From the sequence record OR493421.1: 64,000 nt of DNA, one strand, 5' to 3'. A program made the translations under genes and the position numbers. The notes under the pieces are model-generated. The model was not told where the DNA came from. It did not search any database and saw only the letters and a program-made list of their open reading frames with translations. Positions 55,854 to 64,000 of the stretch are shown in pieces (position 1 is the first letter of the stretch; each line of letters begins with the position of its first letter).

Positions 55854-57725
55854 CTAACCAGTAATCAATTCAGCATAAGTATCCTGCAATGTAGCTAAAT
55901 TCATTGAATACCTAACCGTCTGTCCTTTACTGACAGTAAAGTTTCCTGAAACTTGCCCTGTCATTTTCGCAAAATACGCGGCGGAATGCCCGTCCACTGT
56001 AACAATGAACGAACTGTTCGTTGCATCATTGAGTTGCGCTACAAAGTACACTTGTTTTTGACATCTTGTGGTCCACACGGTATCTGTGGTCGATACACCC
56101 CAACCAATGCGCAGTCGTCTACCGTTGCCTGTTGTCAACGTACCAGCAACATTGACCTCAGATCCTGGCGTGTACAATTTTCCAATGGCGTCCTGGTGTG
56201 GTATGTAAACAGGCGCTCCACTATAAGTCCCCCCAAAATTAATATTTTCGACCGTGATTCTGGAAGAACTATTGTTACCGCCGTACACGGCATATGTTGG
56301 GCTGGTCTGATTATCTGTGTTCCAGATTATCTGACCATCTTTTATGGTTAGCGTCGCGGGTATGCCATCGTCAATCGCAAAACATGCTTTCGAACTAAAC
56401 CCAAGCGATGTATTACCTTTTGTCACAGCCACATTATGCGCAATCAACCGCACCGATACAGTAGAGACACCATTAAGGCCAGTATACGAACCAACTTCAG
56501 AGCACAGTCTCGCAAATTGGTTTACTGAAACCCCCTCTGCGTTTTCAATCGTCACATCAGCATAATTTCCGAGTTTAAACACGCAGTTGGGTCCGTATCC
56601 CCTGGCTCTTGAGTAGTGGACTATCGAGTCCACAATTTCTACAGAGTACGCATCTTTCGTTTGCTGAGATGCCGCCGGGTCAGTCTGAGATGCTATAAAC
56701 AGAGCAGAAATAGTGTGGAATCCAGTACAGCCATAGATATAGCTTTCACTAGGCCCCATCAGTTTTTTCGTAATAGCTACTGAGGTGCATTTCTGGAATT
56801 TAAACTTAGCGGGCTGGAAGTTCTCAATATTAATATCATGAGAATCAAGGAAAAAGGCACCTGCCGTGCAGTTACCCTCTAGGATTGAATTAATGAAACC
56901 AAAGCCGTTTGTTCCTGCAAAACAAACCGAACCGCCACAGTTATATGCAACTACTTGGGAGGCTGCGTTTATACTTTGAACGCCAACTTTCTGAGTCACG
57001 CCATCAACAACTACGGTACGACCAAGAGACCCAACAAGCCACCCATTGTAATTCCGACCATTAACAATGAAGGTAGGACCGATAACGTCCTCTTCGAACC
57101 TTACAGCAAAGGATGATGCCTCTCGGTTGTCTGGGAACGCACCTGCGTCTGTTTTATCACCCAAAATATGGATAGATATGAAGGGGTCATAGCACCTGAT
57201 GAACTTAAACTGAGCTTCACCTTTCATTTGATAGTGACCAACAACGCCGGCAATGTTACCACCATAGTTCCAGTAGTGATACGCGGACTCAACCGTTGAC
57301 TGAAATACATATTGGCGAGTTATCGGAACCCAATCCTTGGTGTCATTTACAATAATCTTTGAGTTATACCCACTGGCGTCAAACGAATCATTGTATGCTG
57401 CTAAAAATGCGTTCTCACCACGCAATCCCCTTGCGTAGTAGTTTGATAGCATAATGCATTTATCTTTATTTATAAGCGCGCCTAATGCCGCTTCCACTGT
57501 AATACCACTGGACGTCCCTACGTTAGACGCCCCGGAACTTGATCCTAGGCTGCTCATCCAATTCTGGATGACGTTATAAAGTCCTGAAAAAGTAAATCGC
57601 TTCTTACCGAAGCGGTCAGTATATTGGAGGTCGTCGCTATTAACGACCTGGTCTATTTTTTCAGCATTAAAGAGCTGGTCGTTCTTAGCTGAACTAGGAA
57701 CGGCGTTTTGTGTTGGGAGTGTCAT
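55854..57725 (-). CDS. tailspike/depolymerase 6 (start corrected to MTLPTQ)
   Basis: GAGGAATAGCA precedes ATG at 57725; anchor; beta-helix body. Confidence 0.88.
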   Translation of the reverse strand: MTLPTQNAVPSSAKNDQLFNAEKIDQVVNSDDLQYTDRFGKKRFTFSGLYNVIQNWMSSLGSSSGASNVGTSSGITVEAALGALINKDKCIMLSNYYARGLRGENAFLAAYNDSFDASGYNSKIIVNDTKDWVPITRQYVFQSTVESAYHYWNYGGNIAGVVGHYQMKGEAQFKFIRCYDPFISIHILGDKTDAGAFPDNREASSFAVRFEEDVIGPTFIVNGRNYNGWLVGSLGRTVVVDGVTQKVGVQSINAASQVVAYNCGGSVCFAGTNGFGFINSILEGNCTAGAFFLDSHDINIENFQPAKFKFQKCTSVAITKKLMGPSESYIYGCTGFHTISALFIASQTDPAASQQTKDAYSVEIVDSIVHYSRARGYGPNCVFKLGNYADVTIENAEGVSVNQFARLCSEVGSYTGLNGVSTVSVRLIAHNVAVTKGNTSLGFSSKACFAIDDGIPATLTIKDGQIIWNTDNQTSPTYAVYGGNNSSSRITVENINFGGTYSGAPVYIPHQDAIGKLYTPGSEVNVAGTLTTGNGRRLRIGWGVSTTDTVWTTRCQKQVYFVAQLNDATNSSFIVTVDGHSAAYFAKMTGQVSGNFTVSKGQTVRYSMNLATLQDTYAELITG

Positions 57726-57767
57726 TGCTATTCCTCGAGTCAGGAAGGTTGAAATATCGTTAGGCAT

Positions 57768-57801
57768 AAAATCCAACCGCCTATAAGGGCGGTTGGATTT
57801 T
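57768..57801 (-). terminator. terminator hairpin overlapping an ATTTTATGC element (57764-57772)
   Basis: AAAATCCAACCGCC-TATAAG-GGCGGTTGGATTTT. Confidence 0.8.
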
Positions 57802-57941
57802 AATTAACCAATGAACAAACATTTTCCGGTAAATTCAACACCCCGGTACCCGGGTAGATGATTCCTTTCCATCTTTGCTACTAGGCATAACGACAGTGGA
57901 CTAGTTAAAGACACCCTGTCGGTTACTCAAATCACAACGAG

Positions 57942-59918
57942 TTATTGTTCAAAAACACAAACCGGGCCCATAAAAATGTCCCCGGTCATTTGATAATGCC
58001 TGAAACCTACATTGGCTTTAACCGCGCCATTTGGAACGGAGATAAAACCACTGCAAATAACTGCGTTCGTAACTGTGCTGGATTGAGTATTCAGGTTAAC
58101 CCCAACGTTAACGTGACTAATCTCGCTACCTCTTATGTCATACCAAGTGACGCCGAAATAACCGTTACCAGATGTCGCAACTAAGTTATTCCAGAGCAAC
58201 TTAGTTGAAAGATATAATATCCTTCCTGGATGGACCTGAATGTCCTGCCCCACTAATGTTGTTGTTCCGCCTCCAGTTGATGTACCCGTGATTTTGACAG
58301 AATTTCCCAATGTCGGATTGTTGGCAAACGTCACAGTTGGTTTTACTGGCTCACCAGAAGATACTGAATAATCGACAGTCCATCCGGTAAGATCGCCCGT
58401 AGAAAAATTATAGTTTCTCATTGGGGAAACGGTATTTCCTAAATCGAGATAATCTACTCCACCTTGGATGTCGAAGAAAATGTTCTTAATGGAAACCTGG
58501 GGTCGGCCACTGACAGAGTTCACTACCATGGATGACTGCATTTTACCGTATTTTCCCCAACTCCCCCCGTCCGCACTCAATCGACAAAAACCATTGGTAA
58601 GGAAGAAAGCCGGTTTGCCGGTATTAGTACCTACCTGAGCGACATCATTACCTCCGTCGATATTGACGGAGAAAAGATCGACTTGTGGTTTTCTTTTACC
58701 ACTGGTATAAGTGATAACGCCGTAGGGCATTAGAGAATTATTTTCAAAATGACAACCTAAGAAACTTAAGGACCCTGAGTTTAATTTGAAAACAGTATCT
58801 GTGTAATCAAAAGATGTTTTATAGAAGAAGGCGTCAATGAAATGACCGTCTGGGGTCGAATACACTGCCGAAGTGGAGTTATCGGAATTTTTCCCGTTAA
58901 AGATGACACCGCCATTAAAAGATATATTTTCTCCGGCGTCATTTAAACAGTTGAAGTGCACACCATAGCGCCAGAACTTCCCAAGATGCACATTGTTAAA
59001 TTGCAAAAGATAGACCGACTTATCTCCAATGTATAAACAGTCTCTAAATCCTTCTATCCAAAGATCATTAAAGACGACCCCCGATACCTGAGTGGAGTTC
59101 CCTGGATAAATCCCGACCCCATCAAGAGTTCCAGAAACTATCAATGGGGGAGAGCTCCACTCATCTCCACCGTACGGACCCTGCAAATTTAATTTTATTT
59201 TACTACCAGCGTTGTAAGTTTTATTAATATCACCCATAACTCTGACTGCGAAACCTGAGTTTAACTTGGTTGGATCGACAATAAGTCTGGACAATCCCAT
59301 GTTCAACTCGCCTTCCCCGGCGTAAACAACGAGCTGCTTAGAAAACAAATATCTCGCGTTAGAATTTTCAGAAGTGATGGTGTGACCCATCAATTGAAGA
59401 TTTAAAGCCTTTTGAAGAGAATCGGAATCATCATTAATTTTATTCCCAAAACAACCCGCTTGTTCAAAGGTATATTCCCTTTTTAAGTTCCTCTTCCATC
59501 TCGCCCCCTTGGGAGTAACGAAAATTAGAAACCCGTCATCGTCTGAGGTTTTGTCCAGGGGATCGTAATAAAGCTCACCCCCTCCAACCGGGGGAGTTGA
59601 CGAAGCCCCCCATCCAGAGTGATAAGATTTAAGAATAATTCGCTGATAATCTACCGATGGCTCCACGGATCTCAATGTAGTGACGTCGATACAAGTCCCT
59701 ATAAATTTAGACCCGTCAGGGAGTCCAACGTTATTTTGAAAATCACTTCCTATCTGATTAATCAGATTCTGAAGTCCGGCGGTAGTTAATCTTTGTTTAC
59801 CGAATCGGTCTACGTAATAATTAGCATCAGAGTTAACTATCTGATCTAATTTCTCAAAGTTAAATCTCGAATCCAACAAGTTATTGCTGGGAATCGGTAA
59901 TTGGGTAGGTGTGGTCAT
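57942..59918 (-). CDS. tailspike/depolymerase 7
   Basis: anchor; TSP1/gp66-like N domain (LRSVEP..QRIILKSY..GGG..DDG); beta-helix; CBM-like C-term (NYNFSTGDLTGW). Confidence 0.9.
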   Translation of the reverse strand: MTTPTQLPIPSNNLLDSRFNFEKLDQIVNSDANYYVDRFGKQRLTTAGLQNLINQIGSDFQNNVGLPDGSKFIGTCIDVTTLRSVEPSVDYQRIILKSYHSGWGASSTPPVGGGELYYDPLDKTSDDDGFLIFVTPKGARWKRNLKREYTFEQAGCFGNKINDDSDSLQKALNLQLMGHTITSENSNARYLFSKQLVVYAGEGELNMGLSRLIVDPTKLNSGFAVRVMGDINKTYNAGSKIKLNLQGPYGGDEWSSPPLIVSGTLDGVGIYPGNSTQVSGVVFNDLWIEGFRDCLYIGDKSVYLLQFNNVHLGKFWRYGVHFNCLNDAGENISFNGGVIFNGKNSDNSTSAVYSTPDGHFIDAFFYKTSFDYTDTVFKLNSGSLSFLGCHFENNSLMPYGVITYTSGKRKPQVDLFSVNIDGGNDVAQVGTNTGKPAFFLTNGFCRLSADGGSWGKYGKMQSSMVVNSVSGRPQVSIKNIFFDIQGGVDYLDLGNTVSPMRNYNFSTGDLTGWTVDYSVSSGEPVKPTVTFANNPTLGNSVKITGTSTGGGTTTLVGQDIQVHPGRILYLSTKLLWNNLVATSGNGYFGVTWYDIRGSEISHVNVGVNLNTQSSTVTNAVICSGFISVPNGAVKANVGFRHYQMTGDIFMGPVCVFEQ

Positions 59919-59991
59919 AATGCCCTCTTTTCACCAATAAGCATACATGTATGATTACGTTTATGCGGCGTCCCACATACTCGGTCTTCAA

Positions 59992-60001
59992 AGCATAAAA
60001 T
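59992..60001 (-). promoter_or_regulatory. ATTTTATGCT element upstream of tailspike 7
   Basis: minus strand acgaATTTTATGCTttg, just downstream of the 60031 palindrome. Confidence 0.45.
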
Positions 60002-60030
60002 TCGTTAGTGAAAAAAAAAATGAAATGTTG

Positions 60031-60064
60031 AGTATAGTCCATCCCCTAGGGGATGGACTATACT
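60031..60064. terminator. perfect 34-bp palindrome / terminator separating accessory genes from the tailspike array
   Basis: AGTATAGTCCATCCCCT|AGGGGATGGACTATACT; A10 run at 60011-60020. Confidence 0.8.
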
Positions 60065-60067
60065 GTT

Positions 60068-60421
60068 TTATGCGGCATTAGGGAACAACTGTCGTGGTAA
60101 CAAAAAATCTCTTGCGTGAGACGGCGTTCTCAACGTAATAACGTAAGAATCGGTTTTCTCTTCAACGTCGTAGTCAAAACCTTTTAACCAAAGTTTAACT
60201 TCTTCGGAGTTTAAGAAATCGGCCAACGTCACATCGTGAGGTTTATGCACCGCTTTGTCTTTAATGACGTTAGCGGAGATTGTGCTTTGTTTAATAAACT
60301 CCGACCAAGAGAGATCTTCTTTTTTCCACCCCTCTTTTACGAAGGAGTAGCCAGCGACACAGATAACAGACAGAGCGAACCAGCCGGATACAACTAACAG
60401 AAATGTACTCATTTTCTTCAT
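60068..60421 (-). CDS. N-terminally anchored membrane protein
   Basis: one TM helix at N-terminus. Confidence 0.7.
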   Translation of the reverse strand: MKKMSTFLLVVSGWFALSVICVAGYSFVKEGWKKEDLSWSEFIKQSTISANVIKDKAVHKPHDVTLADFLNSEEVKLWLKGFDYDVEEKTDSYVITLRTPSHARDFLLPRQLFPNAA

Positions 60422-60452
60422 CCTTATTTGGGTAGGGTACGGAGATTTTTGA

Positions 60453-60980
60453 TTATAATGAAACGATAGGGAAGAGGATGTCTATCGCGTAGGGGTTGAT
60501 ATTGACGAAAGCTTCGCAAGAATACATTTTAAAACTTTCTTGTAAATGATTTGCTAAACATAGGTTGGGGTTAGGTTTATCATTCATTCTAACCCCAGAG
60601 GGGGAGACCGCATAAATATCCAAAGCTAGTAAAATAGCTTCGGATAAGATGTGGTGGTCCGCCGCGGAAGGACGGCCATTTTTCGTGTTCACCAGATCAA
60701 TCTTTACACGGTAACAAGAAGAACTCACTATTTCTGATAATGCTAACTTAAGCTCGGTTTGCTCAATAACAAAATCAGTATTTTTTGCAATATGAGATCC
60801 CGTGATAGCAAACCCTGATTGTAAGAGTGTGCTAGGGTGAGCTTCGTTGATTTTAGACACAGTGTCTACGATAACCTTAACTGCGGCTTTAACCTGGTCT
60901 GAGGTCCTGAGTACTTCAACTGGTACGCGCTGGTGAAGATCTAGCATTAATTTAAAATCTTCTGCAAAATGTTTGGCCAT
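60453..60980 (-). CDS. hypothetical protein
   Basis: 175 aa; TTAGGAAAAATATCATG leader. Confidence 0.75.
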   Translation of the reverse strand: MAKHFAEDFKLMLDLHQRVPVEVLRTSDQVKAAVKVIVDTVSKINEAHPSTLLQSGFAITGSHIAKNTDFVIEQTELKLALSEIVSSSCYRVKIDLVNTKNGRPSAADHHILSEAILLALDIYAVSPSGVRMNDKPNPNLCLANHLQESFKMYSCEAFVNINPYAIDILFPIVSL

Positions 60981-61011
60981 GATATTTTTCCTAAATAAAG
61001 GTATTGAAAGG

Positions 61012-61398
61012 TTATTGTGCTTTAGTTTCTTTAAAACATCGAATGGTGGTGGCGGAACTCATTCCTAAGATACCACCCCACCGAGTCATCGAAACAATTG
61101 ACTCTAATCCACGGTCGGCGATATGACGAATCAGTTTGGTTCTCACGACGTTATTCGCAACGTAGATAGGGCACTTGGTGATAGAGAAACTTCTCCCTAG
61201 AACAACGTCCCGGTCTTTGAAATAAAGTAACGTAATCCAAACACCGTGTTTGGTCCCTTTGATCGTCGATTCGATTTTGGTGTGTTCGGGCGGGGTCTTC
61301 AGAAAATTTTCCATTTCATTTAAACTGGAAACGAACTTCGATTCCCAAGCACTAAAAGCGGTTACAATCTCCGGCATCATCATTCCTTTGGTGTACAT
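61012..61398 (-). CDS. hypothetical protein with C-terminal HTH-like motif (paralog of 61691-62065)
   Basis: SMTRWGGILGMSSATTIR. Confidence 0.65.
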   Translation of the reverse strand: MYTKGMMMPEIVTAFSAWESKFVSSLNEMENFLKTPPEHTKIESTIKGTKHGVWITLLYFKDRDVVLGRSFSITKCPIYVANNVVRTKLIRHIADRGLESIVSMTRWGGILGMSSATTIRCFKETKAQ

Positions 61399-61694
61399 AG
61401 CGCGATGTCGCGTTCAGGATTACGGGATAAGTAGATTAAATCGGCGCCTTCATAATCGCTAAGGTTTTCGATAACGAAGGCATCGGGATCGAGTTGTTTT
61501 GTCTGGTCCATTTTCCCCTTTGTCGATGAAAGATAGGCGTTAACGACTTTCAGCAACTCTCTTTCGCCATGATGAACGTGATGGGGTAAAATCCCCAACT
61601 TGATTCCGTTGAGTTTAACTCTACTCTTCCCATGATCGATAAATTTGGCGATCACGTTATCTGTTTGGCTACACACTACTGCGTAAATCTTCAT
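61380..61694 (-). CDS. hypothetical protein
   Basis: 104 aa ORF. Confidence 0.7.
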   Translation of the reverse strand: MKIYAVVCSQTDNVIAKFIDHGKSRVKLNGIKLGILPHHVHHGERELLKVVNAYLSSTKGKMDQTKQLDPDAFVIENLSDYEGADLIYLSRNPERDIALCTPKE

Positions 61695-62065
61695 AGCGGT
61701 TCCTCGTTCTGTTTTTTATAATGCCAAATGGACCCACGAGAGACATTAAAGATCATCCCCCATTCTGCCTGAGTGAGTAAATCAAACACGCCGATTTCTA
61801 AAAGATATCCCACTAACCGAATACGACGTTCTACCGATAACCGCAACCCTTTAGGTTTTGGAATCTTAATCGTTTTCACAAGATCCAACGAATAGTTGGG
61901 TGTGTACGCGCAATCAGAAGTTTTTACTTCCACCAGAACGTAGGGCTTTCCTGGCGGATCCTGTACGCATAAACGATATTTGCCGTAGCCGGCCGATTCG
62001 ACTTCTTTGAGCTCGCTGACGGATTTTTTAAACTCAGCAACCCAACTCTGATATGTTTCGGTCAC
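61691..62065 (-). CDS. hypothetical protein with C-terminal HTH-like motif
   Basis: LTQAEWGMIFNVSRGSIWHY. Confidence 0.7.
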   Translation of the reverse strand: MTETYQSWVAEFKKSVSELKEVESAGYGKYRLCVQDPPGKPYVLVEVKTSDCAYTPNYSLDLVKTIKIPKPKGLRLSVERRIRLVGYLLEIGVFDLLTQAEWGMIFNVSRGSIWHYKKQNEEPL

Positions 62066-62649
62066 TTCTTGGTCCTCGCTAACAAGCCCATGATCGTGTC
62101 CAGGTTACGATTAGGTTTAGGTTTCTTTGGGTTGGGTTTTTGAAAAGCTGGGTGATGCTTGTAACTAGCGGGAATACCGAAGTGCAGATCTGATGTAAGC
62201 GCGGTGGTCAAGGCATCAGAAAACTCTTTAGTACGGTAAGCAGTTTTCGGAATGGCTTTAATTTCATCTCCGCTTTCCAGCAGTTCTTTCAAAGCTGCTC
62301 TCCTCGCCCTGTACTCCTTATTAGCCCCATCAGATATTTCCTCTGGGGAAGGGTGATGAAGAGCTTTACTGGCGTTAGCACTTTCGAGAATCACCCTGGG
62401 ATAAAGAAACTGAACCGAATTGTCGGACACGTGTTTTTCCATGTAATCAAGCAGCCGAACGTCGGATACTTTGCCGTAGGGCTCGACAACCCTCATATCC
62501 CCGGTACCCATATCGCAGAACCAAACATCAAGATCCAGGTAAGTATTTACACGAGGATGGGTAACGAAGAACAATTCCTCATTAGCGTCAAACGGATTGA
62601 CCATAGAAGAAATGACGTGATGATTCTCTGGCAGTTGATTGATATTCAT
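62062..62649 (-). CDS. hypothetical protein
   Basis: 195 aa ORF. Confidence 0.75.
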   Translation of the reverse strand: MNINQLPENHHVISSMVNPFDANEELFFVTHPRVNTYLDLDVWFCDMGTGDMRVVEPYGKVSDVRLLDYMEKHVSDNSVQFLYPRVILESANASKALHHPSPEEISDGANKEYRARRAALKELLESGDEIKAIPKTAYRTKEFSDALTTALTSDLHFGIPASYKHHPAFQKPNPKKPKPNRNLDTIMGLLARTKK

Positions 62650-62694
62650 GATGGTGCTTCCTAAAAGTATAAAATAAATTGGCGGGACTATGAT

Positions 62695-63075
62695 TTATTC
62701 GTAGCGCGCGAGTTCATTAGCGAACTCAAGCATGTTAAGCTTGGTCAGATCCAAATTAAAGGTCGCGGTCACAAAGAAACCATTGAAACTATCCCCCAGC
62801 ACTTTATAGGAGTGCGATATTAAGATGTCACCGTAACCGGATAATTGCTCGATAACTCTTAGGAAAACGTCATCGGAAATCCCGTGCTCTTTGAGCAACG
62901 CAGAGATATCCCCCGGACCCACGCAGGTTTCCTTATTGCAGAATTCAGCATTTACTACTTCAGGATTTAACGTTCCCAATAAACTAAACTTGGTCATATT
63001 GGTTTTGTCAAGTTTAGGGTAAAGGAATCTGTTAAGTTGATCGATGAGAATAATCGCTAATTCGTTACGGTCCAT
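62695..63075 (-). CDS. hypothetical protein
   Basis: 126 aa; GAGGT SD. Confidence 0.75.
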   Translation of the reverse strand: MDRNELAIILIDQLNRFLYPKLDKTNMTKFSLLGTLNPEVVNAEFCNKETCVGPGDISALLKEHGISDDVFLRVIEQLSGYGDILISHSYKVLGDSFNGFFVTATFNLDLTKLNMLEFANELARYE

Positions 63076-63099
63076 TTTATTACCTCTTACTATGAAAGA

Positions 63100-63567
63100 T
63101 TAAATGCGCTCAGTGCGCTGGGATGTAAAGGTTTCCGGGTCTTTAAGGAGTTCAGAAGATAAAAGACGTCTGGACCCCATATCCCCAAAATTCTTCCCGG
63201 TCAACAATCCCTCGTTAACCAAATTAGAAAAGAATGCGAGGCTACGCTGATCCCAAGGATGGAAACGTAGAGTCGCCTTAGTTAGTCTGAACATATCCAA
63301 AGCCAAAACGGTTATTCGCTTGGCCAGTCCCTTTCGCCTGTAATCTTCAGAAATCCAAATCGAAGCGTTCCATGTATTACTACCTGTTAAGGGTATTTTG
63401 GTCAAAACAAAGATCCCGCCTTCAAACCAAAATGCCCTACAATGCCCAGGTCCTCTTCGGATAGCCATCTGTATCCAATGCCGCATAATCCCCGTAGGAA
63501 GATAGTATTCCTCTGCATCGACGACATCCAAAACTGTTTCTGCGTCGGTCAGCATAACGATATCCAT
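63100..63567 (-). CDS. GNAT-like acetyltransferase
   Basis: SIWISEDYRRKGLAK motif A; DQRSLAFF. Confidence 0.7.
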   Translation of the reverse strand: MDIVMLTDAETVLDVVDAEEYYLPTGIMRHWIQMAIRRGPGHCRAFWFEGGIFVLTKIPLTGSNTWNASIWISEDYRRKGLAKRITVLALDMFRLTKATLRFHPWDQRSLAFFSNLVNEGLLTGKNFGDMGSRRLLSSELLKDPETFTSQRTERI

Positions 63568-63782
63568 TATCTGATCTCCAACAGAGTCCCATTAACCATT
63601 AAAAAGACACCCAGACCCAAAACACAAATGCTTAAAGAGAAATAGGTATTTTTATACCCGGACGCCCGACCCTTGTCTTTAATCTTATTCTCTTTAAAAT
63701 CTTTACGCAGTTCCAGGTACTTCAGGAAGAAATACACCGCAGCACCTAACAACAAGCAACCTGTTCCAAAAAGACCGTTCAT
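63567..63782 (-). CDS. small two-TM membrane protein (start corrected to MNGLFG)
   Basis: TTTAGGAATCAACATCATG leader. Confidence 0.75.
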   Translation of the reverse strand: MNGLFGTGCLLLGAAVYFFLKYLELRKDFKENKIKDKGRASGYKNTYFSLSICVLGLGVFLMVNGTLLEIR

Positions 63783-63821
63783 GATGTTGATTCCTAAAAA
63801 GTTATTGAGGTTTACACATAA

Positions 63822-63854
63822 ATAATATCGATCCAAAAAAGAATACAAGTAAAA
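63822..63854 (-). promoter_or_regulatory. candidate phage promoter TTTTACTTGTAT-N15-TATTAT
   Basis: followed by N6-GTAAA as at 31641. Confidence 0.65.
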
Positions 63855-63856
63855 TA

Positions 63857-63886
63857 AACCAGGAGAGGCGTAAGCCTCTCCTGGTT
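63857..63886 (-). terminator. terminator hairpin
   Basis: AACCAGGAGAGGC-GTAA-GCCTCTCCTGGTT. Confidence 0.85.
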
Positions 63887-63914
63887 AAAATCTAAGTGTA
63901 GGGGGGGGGGGTTA

Positions 63915-64000
63915 TTATGCAGCTTCTTCTTGGGTTTGATTGTGTTCTGGTAATGCTTTATTTTGTTCGAAGGTATAACTCTTAACGTACCAATCGTTTT
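63915..64000 (-). CDS. 3' end of a gene entering from beyond the window
   Basis: ...NDWYVKSYTFEQNKALPEHNQTQEEAA followed by tandem TAA TAA. Confidence 0.55.
   Translation of the reverse strand, partial: NDWYVKSYTFEQNKALPEHNQTQEEAA

Noticed and set aside
42296-59918. Diversity-generating retroelement or invertase shufflon acting on tailspikes
   Set aside because: No reverse transcriptase, template/variable repeat pair or site-specific recombinase seen in the window

Overview
This 64-kb window is a segment of a large, AT-rich lytic phage genome, most likely a jumbo phage of Enterobacterales. About 110 tightly packed genes lie almost all on the minus strand, separated by strong hairpin terminators. 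No core replication, capsid or RNA polymerase genes are in the window, so placement among phiKZ-like or nucleus-forming phages is only an inference. Bases 1-42 kb and 60-64 kb are accessory regions of small hypothetical genes. They carry nucleotide and cofactor genes (pnuC-nadR NAD salvage, DHFR, MazG-like, DEDDh exonuclease, two metallophosphoesterases, a QueC-like PP-loop protein, a SAM methyltransferase) and likely counter-defence genes (Tad2/DUF2829-like sponge, a Gp49/Acb4-like domain fused to a Cys-His-Asp enzyme domain, an orphan HigA). They also carry many membrane or secreted proteins, including a three-gene signal-peptide cassette (26.1-27.4 kb) that looks like a minimal pilin, pore and chaperone fibre-assembly system. 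Bases 42-60 kb hold seven tailspike/fibre genes that share one N-terminal anchor but have divergent bodies. One is inverted and is followed by a relic start of a further tailspike gene. Recurrent non-coding motifs are a WTGTAW-N15-TAYTAT promoter-like element (4 copies), an ATTTTATG element upstream of tailspike genes (4 copies), a repeated 27-nt terminator and a repeated TTTAGGAAYYAACATCATG leader. Family assignments come from motif recognition by eye; no searches were run.
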